Origin: Squalus acanthias
Taxonomy: Eukaryota
Length of the DNA stretch: 64,000 nt
Reading direction: 5' to 3'
Assembly: GCA_030390025.1 (NCBI GenBank)
Contig: CM059431.1
Location: 141,424,001 to 141,488,000, forward strand
Shown: positions 1 to 10,995 of the stretch, in pieces
How positions within the stretch are numbered: the stretch's first letter is position 1
Layout of the letters: every line of letters starts with the position of its first letter
Notes under the pieces: generated by a model
What the model was told of the DNA's origin: nothing
The model's input: the letters and a program-made list of their open reading frames with translations, nothing else
The model's database searches: none
Program-made: the position numbers and the translations under genes

Positions 1-2541
1 TGATGCTTGCGTAGGAGGGACACCCTCACAAGTGTCCACTACATCTAATAGACTTTGAGTCCCATCCTGTTTTGCGATCACCAATAGAAGGAGCCTCAGA
101 AGTATACGTGGGTGTCTCCTCCTAACACATACAGGGCTCACCCCATACCGGTTGTGCTCTAGACCTACCCGAGAAGACTTTCAAGTTTAAAAGTAACAAA
201 CAATCAAGCCAATATGCAGAGATTTTGGCCCTCCTCATTGCCGTTCAAGAAACTTCGAGCTACCGGCAAACATTTCGTCTGACAATGCCTATACCATTAC
301 TGCCATGCTGTCCCTTGCCCTTTACCAGAAGAATTCCTCCTCCTCGTCAGATGGTAAACCCCTAATCCATGGGCCATGGCTACATCTCCTATGGCAGGAA
401 TTGAAGGCACTACAGAATCCCTGTCACATTGGAAAGGTTAATGCCCATAAGAGAGACCAGTCCACTCGCACACTCGGAACAAGGCGGCACATGTAACTGC
501 TAAAGAAGCTGAACTGGCCGGCGATTCCCTCCCTCTACAACTTGAGGAGGTAATCCCAGTTGCTGCAGTTAGCTCAGCTCTCGACCTGGCTTCCCTTCAG
601 ACAGAGTATAGCCCTATCAAACGGTCATCAATTGGCATGACCAAGGTAAACCCTTACCGACAGCCAGCACATAGGCCTCCAAGACCCTCCTTACCACAAA
701 TGTCTCAGATAGGTACCCGATTTTCTGTATTCTCCCAAACCTGGCAGACGAACTCTTGTTCCTATTTCACTCCCAAACTGTAGGAGGTCATTACTCAGTA
801 GACATCACTTTCGGAAAGATTGCCTCCATGGCCTGGTTGCCTAATATGAAGGAAACTGTAAATTTATGTTTGACGAAGCGTATCTTGTTTGTAGCAGAAC
901 CCCTCCCCTTGTTCCAACCGAGCCCTCCTTCGAAGTCAGACAGGCCCTGATGGGCCCTGGACTCATGTTCAAATTGGTTTTATTGGTCCCCTCCCCCTAT
1001 CGCAGGGCAATTGTAAATATGCCCTCGTCGTTAACGACCAGTTCACTAAATGGATCGAAGCCTTCCCCTCCCGATCCAACACTATGCTTACTGCGGCCAA
1101 GTTGTTATTGTGTGAGGTGTTCTGTAGGTGGGGACTGCCACTTCAAGTTGATAGCGATCAAGGCACCCACTTCACTGTTGAAGTATTTTCCAAATTACTG
1201 GATATTATGGGAATTAAGCATAAGCTACATACAGATCATCATCCCCAATCGTCCAGGATAGTAGAAGAGGGAATTGTACACTGAAATTCTTGTTAGAAAA
1301 AATGTGTACAGAACACCCCACTCAATGGGTCAACATGTTACCCATGTGTTTAATGGCAATTCAATCCACACTACCTAGGACCACGAGGATATCACCTTAC
1401 CAGGCAATGACTGGGAGGTTGATGAGGACTCCAGGCCATCTAAATTTGACTGGCACTACACCCCTCACGCAACAACCATGGAACCACTCGTGGTTGGAGC
1501 GCACAGTAGAGCCTATTAACGAAGTTAAATGACACCTGGCAAATAATTTAGGGAAATCGAAAAACCAAATCAAGAAATATTTTGCCCAGAAGTTGCGACC
1601 TTTCGAGTATCAGTTTGGTGAAAGAGTCATGTTAGAAAATTATGGGAAAAAGGAAAATGCGATTGACCCCAAGTGGAACGGACCCTACTCGATGGTGGAT
1701 AAATTGAATCCAGCCATGTATCTGGTTCAGTACCCTAAAGGGAGAGTGGAAAAGAGAAAAGTAACTAAATGGTACCATATCAAGCAGTTAAAGACGGTGA
1801 AAGAATAAATGCTTCATTCTTTATTCCTCCAAGTTGCCCAAAATGGCAGGACTCAAACCCATAGTGGGACTTCTGATGATTGTTGGTATCGACCAGACTT
1901 CAAACGTTATCATCATCCAGAATGGAATAAAGATGCCAACCGACGATATGCCGCCATTAGAATGGGGAGCGGCTTCAGAAGACGGAAGCAATATGACCGT
2001 GTACTGTGATTATTGTGAACACGAAAATAGGACCGATGGGACTTTGTATATCCAGGCCAGAGAGGGCGAAGGGGTTAAAATAAAGTGCCTATGTACTAAA
2101 GACAATGTTCGAGTAACTCCAAAGTTTCAATTAGGAAAAGGAAAGTTTGTAGATCTAGAATTTGGGTTCAACGAAATGGTTAACATTACATCAAATAGTT
2201 TGGGGATCCCATATCTGGATACACTGAATTAGCCCAAAATAGGTAAAAGACACAGGGGAATGGTAGGATGCTATGATGCAGAGCTAGGAGAGAGACCCAG
2301 GCAAGGACAAATGCAAAAGCTTGAGATCAAGGGGAAAACGGAGGGGATAATGTTACAAAGGAAAAGTGACAAGCATACAAATAAGAAATGCACATTATTA
2401 ACAAGACACTGGCCAACTGTTGATAAGAAAAGGGTTAAAACTCCGATACTAAAAGGATAACTTCACACAGATCTACTGTGAAGGCAAAGGAACAGATTGA
2501 AGATGATGTCACCAGTGTTCGAGAGATTCCAGAGACAAAGG
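1..2541 (+). mobile_element. Partial duplicate of the retrovirus-like element (second RNase H, integrase, env-position ORF, truncated 3' LTR)
   Basis: Matches 15167-17707 at offset 15166 and gives the same ORF set. The only difference I found is at 877/16043 (A/T). The match stops abruptly inside the LTR at about 2541. Confidence 0.95.
1843..2232 (+). pseudogene. Env-position ORF, copy 1 (signal peptide, N-glycosylation sequons)
   Basis: Identical to 17009-17398. Follows the pol stop (1808) and a pyrimidine tract ending in AG at 1833. Confidence 0.6.
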
Positions 2542-2649
2542 ATTTAAACTGTAGAATAACCTGCATCCCTTTGTATTCCGGCTCCCTTGAGAGAAACGCT
2601 AACATTACATATAAAGTATCAAGAAGTTTTTTTTTTCATAGAGATCCAT

Positions 2650-3945
2650 ATTAGATAGAATTACAGAAGAGGGACAGGCAATTTGGCCCTACTGGTCTGT
2701 GTCGGTGTCTATGCTCTGCACGAGCCTCCTCCCACCCTTATTAATGTAACCCTATTAGCCTATTCCTATTCCATTCTCCTTCATGAATTGATCTAGCCTT
2801 CCCTTAAATCCCTCAATGCTAATCGCCTGAACTATTCATTATGTTGTAAGTTCGACATTCTAACCACTCTCCTGAATCCCTTATGGATTTATTGGTGACT
2901 ATCTTTTATTTATGACTACTAGTATTTGACTCCTCAAATCTTCTCGACGTCTACCCTATCAAAACCCTTGTTAATTTTAAAGCCATCAAAAGGTCACCAC
3001 TCGGCCGTCACTTCTGTAGAGAAAAGAGACCCAGTCAGTTCAGTCTTTCCTGATAGTTATAAACTGTCAGTTCTGGTATTATGCTTGAACATCTTTATTG
3101 CACCTTCTCCAGAGCCGCTATAACCTTTTGTTATATGGAGACCAGAACACTCCAAAGTATTCTACGAGTTTCTACATAAGTTCAACATAAACTCTCTTCT
3201 TTTCAATTCTATTTCTCTAGAAATGAAACCCAGTGCTATTTGAATAGAAATTAAATCCACTCTGTCTGCATTTTAATAGCCTTCTTAACCCGCATCTCTA
3301 CTTTTAATGATTTATGAATCAGTACCCCTAGATCTCTTTGTTCCTATATCCCATTCAGACACTTTTTTTCCTTTCAGTTTATGGCCTCCTTATACCTCCT
3401 ATCAAGATGTACCAGCTCACACTTATCTATATTTAAATTCATTTGCCAGCTGCACGTCCATTCTGCAAGCTTATTAATGTCTTCTTGTATTTTGTCGCAG
3501 CTTTCCTCCATATTAAGTATATTCTCTAATTTGATTTAATCCAGAAATTTTGAAATTGTACTTCCGATTCCTGAGATCAAATCATTTATGTAAATGATTA
3601 TGTAAATGCTGCACCTGATTTTCGTGATTTTACTATGCGGAGCCCTAAATCTTGCTGCGCCTCCACAGTGCAAACCTTCTCACCATTTAGAAAATACACT
3701 GATCCATTTTCTCAGGTCCACATTGAACTCAATCTGCCACAGTTTAGCCCGCTCACTTAATTTATCAATGTCCCTGTAAAACTTTCAGCCCCCATCTCCT
3801 AACTTTAATGTGCCACCTAACTTGTTGTCGACAGTAAACTTGTTAACATGGTTCTCTATTGCTTCATCTAAGGCTTTGATAGATATAGTGAGAAGCTGAG
3901 GCCTCAGTCCAGATCCCTGGGCGACACCACTACTCACAGCCTGTG
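2650..3945 (-). mobile_element. Degraded CR1 LINE 3' fragments
   Basis: Reverse complement resembles the ORF2 C-terminus and 3' UTR of the CR1 copies elsewhere in the window. Boundaries are approximate. Confidence 0.6.
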
Positions 3946-4042
3946 AAGGTTCAAACAGAAATAAATATTTATAGTTTTAGAGTGTTGTTATAATTATAGA
4001 CAGGCGTTATCATCAGAAGTTGATATGTCACATTTTTTTCAG

Positions 4043-4099
4043 CTAATAATTTGTGGGTGCATATGGTGTGTTCTGGAAAAGACAACATCTACAGTCCTT
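4043..4099 (+). pseudogene. MS4A/CD20-like gene, 57-nt exon (end of TM2 plus intracellular loop), LIICGCIWCVLEKTTSTVL
   Basis: Acceptor tttttttcag, donor gtaagt, phase 0/0. The 19-codon size and sequence fit the FIISGSLSxAAEK-type exon of MS4A genes. Confidence 0.7.
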
Positions 4100-4257
4100 G
4101 TAAGTATCTCCATAATGGTTTTCCACTTAAACAAGCTCTCCATTGCAAGGAGTACTGTTTCATCCTGAAATTCTGGTTACTGGGCAGATTATGTGCATAT
4201 TAGCAAAGTAACCGTCAACTGGGATTGTTCAGACAACTAATAGCTCATATAATGAGG

Positions 4258-4441
4258 ATGGATCTTGACTTTGTGCGAGAGTGTGAAAGTAGTCATAGCC
4301 AGGCAGCAGCCCGTCTTACATCTGCCCTTATTTATATTTCCATTGACTGCAATGGAATGGAAAATGGGGCGGGGTTGTAAAATTGGCGATTAAATCGACA
4401 TCACTTGTTTTACACGATTGTCCAAATGTAAAATTAGACTC
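4258..4441. mobile_element. Imperfect palindromic MITE-like element
   Basis: Central inverted repeat ttccattg-act-gcaatggaa with degenerate complementary arms. Confidence 0.45.
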
Positions 4442-4514
4442 AATGGGGCTCTATGTTGACTTTGTGCGAATCTGCAGCACATTTTACCTCTCCTCCGGTT
4501 TACATTTCTAGAGC

Positions 4515-5360
4515 AATACAACTCAAAAGCAGAAAGTTTATATTAAACTGATACAAAACCTTGGTTAGACCACACTTAGAGTATTGTTCACTGTTCTGAT
4601 CTCCATATTACAAAAGGGTTATAGAGGCACTGCAGAAAGTAACACATAAAACAATTTACAAGGATGAAGGCAGAAAATAATGGTTTCAACTATCAGAAAA
4701 GACCGAGAAGGCTGGAGATCTTTTCTCTTGAAAAGAGAAGAATGTGAGATGAATTGAAATTATGAAGGAGTTCGCTATGGTAGACCTAAAGAAAATGATT
4801 CCACTTGTGTGTGGGGAGGAAGGGGGGGGGGGGGGGTCCACCAAAACTAAGGTCTTCAATATAAGACAGTCACTACTAAATCCAATAACGAATTAATGAG
4901 AAACTTCTTTACTCAGAGAGTGGAGAGAAATAATTGCATTTATGTGGCGACTACTAATACCTCTGGACGTCCTAAAGCGCTTCACAGCCAATGAAATACT
5001 TTTGAAGAGTAGTCACTGTTGTAATGTTACGTGCTACCGCATGGAGTGGTTGAGGTGAATATCATAGAACCATTGAGGCATCAAATAATACAGCACAGAA
5101 GAGGGCCATTCGGCCCAGTGTGCCTGTGGTTGCTCTTTAGTAGAGCTATCCGATTAATCCCATTCCCCTGCTCTTACCCCATAGCCATTCAAGTATTTAT
5201 CCAATTCTACAATGGATGCTTTTAACAGGAAGCTGTACAAGTACATGAGGGAGAAAGGAAAAGAAGGATAGGCTGAGATGAATTATGTTGGGAGAGGCCT
5301 CTGTGGAGCAGAAACATCGACATGGGCCAGTTGGCCCGAATGGCCTGTTGGTGTGGTGTA
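4515..5360 (+). mobile_element. Degraded CR1 3' fragment interrupted by a SINE 3' fragment (about 4930-5030) and another CR1 tail
   Basis: ttggttagaccacacttagagtattgt encodes LVRPHLEYC, and agaaacttctttactcagagagtg is also present. The 4930-5030 segment matches the end of the SINE at 7898-8356. Confidence 0.6.
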
Positions 5361-5689
5361 AAATTCTATGTAATTCTAAGTAATATATATCTTCAGAGGA
5401 CTTCAATGGAAATAAAAATGAGGATAAATGAAATCATATTTCCGGCGCGCTACCACAGTTTCACACTATCGCACAATGTCAAGATCAATCCATCTGTGTT
5501 TTACTCATTAGCAGTAGCTGTATTTCTAAACACTTGTTCTAACTGCTTCCTAGATTGCATTAAAGGTTATCTAGAAAATATTCCTCTCTGTAATTATTAT
5601 GTTATCCGTTCATTTTATTGATCAATATAGTTTTCCAGAACTCACACTACATATTTACTCCCTAGAAAACCCTTTCTCCTACAAATTAG

Positions 5690-6160
5690 AATTATAGAAC
5701 CATAGGCACAGGAGGAGGCCATTCTGCCTGTCGCGCCTGTGCTGGCTCTTTGTAAGAGCTATCCATTTAGTCCAATTCCCCCTGTTCTTTCCCCATTTAG
5801 CCGTGTATTTTTGTTCCTCTTTAAGTATATATAGAATTCCCTTTTAAAAGTTACTATTGACTCTGTTTCCATAATCCTTTCAGGCAGTGCATTCCAGATT
5901 GTAACCAATTGTCATAAATATGTGCTCTCTGGTTACCACCCTTATGCCAGTGGAAACAGTCCCTCTCTATCTACTCAAAACAACTCATAATTTCGAACAC
6001 CTCTATTGTATCTACCCATAACCCATCTATTCTGAGGAGAACAATCCCAGCTTCTCTAGTGTCTACATATAAAATAATTCCCTAATCCCTAGCACCATTC
6101 TTGTAAATCTCCTCTGCTCCAACTCCAAGGTCTTGAGACCCCTCCTAAAGTGTGGTTCCT
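5690..6160 (-). mobile_element. Degraded CR1 3' end
   Basis: catag-type tail followed by the reverse complement of a CR1 3' UTR and ORF2 end. Confidence 0.55.
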
Positions 6161-6420
6161 AGAAATTAGATTGAACAATTCTCAGTTCCATTGTTTATGC
6201 TTTATGCTAACAATATCTCCTACTCTGCTGGGTCAAATGCCATTCCTAAAAATGAAATCTATTTCTTAATTTTGGAAAATTCGTATTGGATGGAATTTCA
6301 AACTACTTCCTATCTTTAGACAGATGCTTTGAATGAGAATTTTTGCAAACATTATTGCAAGTGTTGTGAAAATACCACCAACTACAGATATCTGAATAAA
6401 TAATTGCTTATTCTTCGAAG

Positions 6421-6559
6421 TTGGCGGCGTATCTGGTGCTGAATATGATCAGTGCCCTTATTGCCATAGCGGGTCTGGTCCAGCTTTCCACTGACTCACA
6501 GATTTGGACCACAAGCGTTGTCTGGAAGTGTCTGTGATTCTCGGTTCATTACTTTGGAT
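6421..6559 (+). pseudogene. MS4A-like TM3 exon, LAAYLVLNMISALIAIAGLVQLSTD..., with frameshift and premature TGA (6535-6537)
   Basis: Acceptor ttcttcgaag, donor gtaagt at 6560. The NxISAxxAxxG motif is typical of MS4A TM3. The exon is 139 nt (3n+1) between phase-0 neighbours. Confidence 0.72.
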
Positions 6560-6644
6560 GTAAGTACAGAATTGCAATCTTAATACGTAATTAATATCTT
6601 TAAATCAACCAAGGCTGCATTTGCATGTGTTCTGAATTGTTTTA

Positions 6645-7235
6645 TAGAGAATGTACAGCACAGAAAGAGGTAAATGTGTCCCAGCAGATCTATGTAGTGT
6701 TTATGCTCCGCAAGGGCCTCCTCTCACCTTACTTCATCTAACCCTATCAACATAGCCAGATTGTCTTTCACCCTCATGTGTTTATCTCACTTCCACTTAA
6801 ATACATCGATAATATGCACCACAACCTCTCCATGTGGTAGTGAGTTCCACATTGTCACAACTCTCTGGTTAAAAGGTTCCTGCTGAATTATTTGTTGAAT
6901 TTATTCGTGACTAATTATATTGATGGTCCCTAGTTTTGGACCCCTCTACACGTGGAAACATCTCTACGTCTAACCTGCCTTAATTTTAAAGACGTCTATT
7001 AGGTCACCTTTCAGCCTTCTCTATTCTAGAGAAAAGAACCCACCTTATCAATCTGTAACACATTCTCCGACAAAATTGGCAAAAGCATCTTGCTTGAATT
7101 GCCTGAAAGGGCGGTGGAAGCAGATTTAATGGGGAAAGAGCAAAGGGGAGTGGAAGAAATTGCACAGCTCCTTCAAAGAGCCGACACAGGCACGATAGGC
7201 CGAACGGCCACCTTCTGTGCTGTATGGTTCTATAA
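6645..7235. mobile_element. Two degraded CR1 3' fragments in opposite orientations
   Basis: CR1 3' UTR motifs on the minus strand (6645-7050) and the plus strand (about 7090-7235, ggcacgataggccgaacggcc...ctgtatggttctat). Confidence 0.5.
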
Positions 7236-7613
7236 TTCACATCCTAGTCCAATATTTCCATCCCCCGCCCTCGAACATCACTTCATCTGAAGAATTATTC
7301 TTGACTCCCTGTGGCTGGTCGCCTAGTATTGAAACAAGGGGTTTGAAATTGATTTGCAGCAAAGCGACTGATGTTCTGCTCCATTGAACTCAATTGGAAA
7401 GGAAATCGTGATGAGAGTAAAATGGGCGTCCGATGGCGAAGACCAATTTCACTCCCAACGTTCTACATTGGACCAAAATTTTCAATGTCTAATCCTAAAT
7501 TTCAATTTGAGTTTCTACTTCAATTGTGCTGTCGCTGGGAGTTGCACCATTCTCCTTGCAAGAAGCAGTCTTAGTTCCAATTGTGTTAACATATTATTGC
7601 AACTGACCCACAG

Positions 7614-7739
7614 AGATATCGTTTCGGCCTCAGCCTCGTTCTCTTGCTCCTGGTGCTGTTGGAGCTGTCGGTATCAATCGTCGGTTCCATTTGCGGATGC
7701 AAAGTGTTGTGGAACAATTCTAAAACACAATTCAATAAG
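7614..7739 (+). pseudogene. MS4A-like TM4 exon, RYRFGLSLVLLLLVLLELSVSIVGSICGCKVLWNNSKTQFNK
   Basis: Branch-like ctgac plus cag acceptor, AAG|gttggt donor, 126 nt, phase 0/0. The LLE...S...CK motif is characteristic of MS4A TM4. Confidence 0.78.
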
Positions 7740-7806
7740 GTTGGTAGTTACAAGGCCACATTGCCAATTCATATTTCCGGTTGAGCTGCTTAGAAAGAAA
7801 GACCTT

Positions 7807-7898
7807 GGGTCAGAAATTCTTCACGGGCGGGGGCGCAAAACGGGCGGCCGATCCGATCCTCCCGTTTTGCGCCACCGTCCGAGACGAATTTCTCGGCT
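7807..7898. mobile_element. Short palindromic MITE
   Basis: Perfect 13-bp inverted repeat ggcgcaaaacggg/cccgttttgcgcc plus outer gaaattc/gaatttc arms. Confidence 0.6.
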
Positions 7899-8356
7899 CT
7901 TGCATTTATAAAGTGCAGATCATGACCCCGGGACGTCCCAAAGTGCTTGACATTCAATGAAACACTTTTAAACTGTAGTTAAGGTTGTAATGTTGGAAAC
8001 TCGGTAGTCAATTAGTGCACAGGAAGGTCCCATAAACAACAATTTTATAAATGAGCCGGATACCTGATTATTTTATGGTAGTGTTTCAGAGATAAATATT
8101 TGTCCTGGAAACGCGGAAGAACTTCCCTGCCTTACTTCTAAATAGTTCCATGGAATCTATTGCATCCACCTGAGAGAGCAGATTCGGCCTCGGTTTAACG
8201 TCTCATCCGAATGATCACACCTCTGACAGTGCAGTGCTTCCTGACTACCGCACCAGGACTGTCATCTTACATTTTGCTGCTGAAGTTTCTGGAGTGGGAT
8301 TCTGAACTCACAACATTCTGACTCAGAGGCGAGCGAGCTATCACCTGAGCCAAGGG
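7898..8356 (-). mobile_element. tRNA-derived SINE (Deu-domain/SacSINE1-like)
   Basis: The minus strand begins with an A-box-like tggctcaggtgatag and a B-box-like gagttcagaatccc, and contains gttaaaccgaggcc. Family assignment is from memory of shark SINEs. Confidence 0.65.
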
Positions 8357-8577
8357 GGGCACACAATAGCTATTTGATCAATTCAGAATTTGGTGTTCAC
8401 TTCCCAAAGTCTTGCAATGAGAAATCTCGTAATGTACCCTGCAATACTTCACTCCTGAGGAATTTGACATCTGGCACGGAGGAAATCACCATCATTTATG
8501 TCAGTTTGTTTGTTCGTACAATTAATTATTTGTTTATCTATTTACTATTTAGATTTCAATTCCGATTTCCTTTTCAG

Positions 8578-8655
8578 CCTCCAAATAAGCCTTCTGATCA
8601 GGACAGCACCTCTCAAACACCGATACACCAAGGTCTGATGTCTACAGCAGTCTGA
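8578..8655 (+). pseudogene. MS4A-like putative terminal coding exon, PPNKPSDQDSTSQTPIHQGLMSTAV*
   Basis: Strong acceptor tttccttttcag, phase 0 compatible with the TM4 exon, stop at 8653-8655, AATAAA at 8831 and about 8857. Confidence 0.55.
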
Positions 8656-8859
8656 TGCCTTCAGCACCGGTGTAGAATGGATTTCCATTATAGAGTGGGA
8701 GATTGAGCAGGAAGACTAATTGTTGCCGTGGAGTATAAATCCAGTTCATGACTGACCTCGCTTACTTTAATACAGCAAGGCATGTGAAACCAAGGGCTTT
8801 ACCTGAAAAAAGCAACTAATAGATAAACAGAATAAAGAGAAATGTGAGAACTGAGCAAT

Positions 8860-9830
8860 AAAACATAGGACCTTACAGAACAGAAGGAGGCAATTATGCC
8901 CATCGTGCCTGTGCCGGCTTTTTGAATGATCTATCCAATTAGTCCCTCTTCCCTGCCTTTTCCCCGTAGCTCTGCAATTTTTCCCTTCCAGTATATATCA
9001 AATTCCCTTTTGAAAGTAACTATTGAATCCGCTTCCACCACCATTCAGGCAATGCATATTGCTCATCTCTTATATAAGAACATAGGAATTAGGAGCAGGA
9101 GTCGGCCGTACGGCCCCTCGAGCCCGCTCCACCATTCAGTAAGTTTATGGCTGAACTTCTACACCAACTCCAATTTCCCGCGGATCCCCATATCCCATGA
9201 TCCCATTAGTGCCCCAAAATTTACCGATCTCAAACTTGAACATACTCATTGAATGGACATCCGCAACCTTCTGGGGTAGACAATTCCAAAGATTCACAAT
9301 ACTCTGAGTGAAGAAATGTCTCCTCGTCTCAGTCGTAAATGAACGACCCCTTATCATGAGACTATGAGCCATAGTTCTACACTCTGTAGCCAGGGGAAAA
9401 CGTCTCTCAGCTTCTGCACGCTAAGAATTTGGAAGTCACTATATGATAACCTCACATTCTACTCAATATCTCCTCAGAGGACAGCCCTCTCATCCCAGGA
9501 GTCAATCTAGTGAAGGTTCGTTGCACCCCACTAAGGCAAGTTTATCCTTCCGGCTCTTTGAAGGAGACCGAAACTGTGCACAGTACTCCACGTGTGGTCT
9601 CATCAAAGCCCATTATAATTGCAGCAAACCTCTTTACTCTTACACTCCAACACACTTGCAAAAAAGTCGAAGGGTGCATTGCCCTTCTTAAATGATTGCT
9701 CTAACTCCATGTTAACTTTCTGTGATCCGTGTACAAGGGCAGGCAAACTCCTCTGAATAAAAGCATTTTACTGGTCTCTCACCTTTTAAAAATATTCTGC
9801 TTTTCCATTCTTCGTGCCAAAGTGGGGTCC
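8860..9830 (-). mobile_element. Degraded CR1 3' fragments (two tails)
   Basis: Minus-strand ORF 9145-9372 (HSLMIRGRSFTTETRRHFFTQ) is a CR1 ORF2 C-terminus. aacatag tails at about 8865 and 9080. Confidence 0.75.
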
Positions 9831-10244
9831 ATGTACATAGATCATTAAAATGTCCTGGACAGGTACAGCTGTCCTTTGTACCAAGAGGACTAGAATACAA
9901 GGGTGTATACACCTGGAGTACTGTGTACGAAAGACTGCTATTAGAGATTCTTAGTAGATGGGAATCATACATGTATAAATTCAACAGTAGCCATTGACCA
10001 ACTAATCTTACCCATGATTCTCTGAGTATGGAAATGCTAAAGACTGTTCGAATGTAGCCATGAAGACAGTTAAAAAGCAGTTTTGACTAAGCTCAAATAA
10101 CTAACAACCACAGGCTGCGAGTGAAGGTTAAATTGTTATATCACATATTATAGTACTCATAACATATTATAATGCTAATAGGAATTAGAGTTCGCTTAAC
10201 AAAACTAATTACAAAGATATTTGAAAGATAATTAGTATAAAAGA

Positions 10245-10818
10245 TGTAAAATGAAAGAGATCTTGGGAGTTAAAGTATCCACTTGGTAGATCAAAGTAAG
10301 ATAGCCAGAACGCCGTCAAGATAAGGGAGACAGCTCTGACATGGGCCCGTTGGTATTAGGCCGTATACTGCTTGTAACAGGGAGATGAGAATAAGAGAGA
10401 TAAGATAAGTTCCAATAGAGTAGAGTTATTGGAAAGAAATTCTGAGCCAGGAGGAGTCAATATGCTGCCCTTAGTCTGAGGGACCATTAGAACTTATGAA
10501 AAAGGCAATTTTTTTTAAAGACCATATATGGACACTGGCCAAACGAATTGTTAATAAGAAAAGGGTTAAAACCTCGATACTAAAAGAGTAACTTCCCACA
10601 GAACTGCTGCGAAGGCAAAGCAACAGATTGAAGATGGCGTCACCTGTGTCTGAGAGGTTCCAGAGACCTAGGGCTGCGAGCTATTTGTTAAAACTATCAC
10701 CTATTGTTAACTATTTACGCTGTAAGCTTAATAAATCTTGATGCATTGCTCAAACATACTGGCTGCTGCATATTTGTGTCTTGTCCAAGAAATCTGAGGG
10801 ATAATTTAACATTTTACA
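10245..10818 (+). repeat. 5' LTR (5' boundary tentative)
   Basis: Inverted termini tgtaaaatg (10245) and cattttaca (10818), AATAAA at 10730, 3' half homologous to 17571-17853. It could start as early as about 9972. Confidence 0.65.
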
Positions 10819-10820
10819 GG

Positions 10821-10838
10821 TGATATCACAGATGGGAC
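10821..10838 (+). promoter_or_regulatory. Degenerate primer-binding site, tRNA-Arg(CCT)-like
   Basis: tgatatcacagatgggac, 2 nt after the LTR end, matches TGGTACCCCAGATGGGAC (complement of a tRNA-Arg 3' end, recalled from memory) at 15/18. Confidence 0.6.
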
Positions 10839-10995
10839 AAGACAAAGTTGCTAGTATTGTGCAATAGGTTGGACCTGGAAAGTAGCTTACTGACGAGCTG
10901 CTGCTCTTGAGGAGGGATTAACGCCTCGTGGGGAATGCCTGTGGATTGCTCGCTGATAGTTACTAATTTTAGAGCTTTGTTTAGAAATTCACAAA

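Noticed and set aside
1..2541. Independent second proviral insertion
   Set aside because: It shares all inactivating mutations with the downstream copy and ends mid-LTR, indicating DNA-level duplication.
7384..7911. 175-aa Cys-rich ORF
   Set aside because: It overlaps the MS4A TM4 exon in another frame and runs into a MITE; the spliced reading explains the region better.
8290..8356. tRNA gene
   Set aside because: The A/B-box-like head continues into a SINE body and I see no intact cloverleaf.
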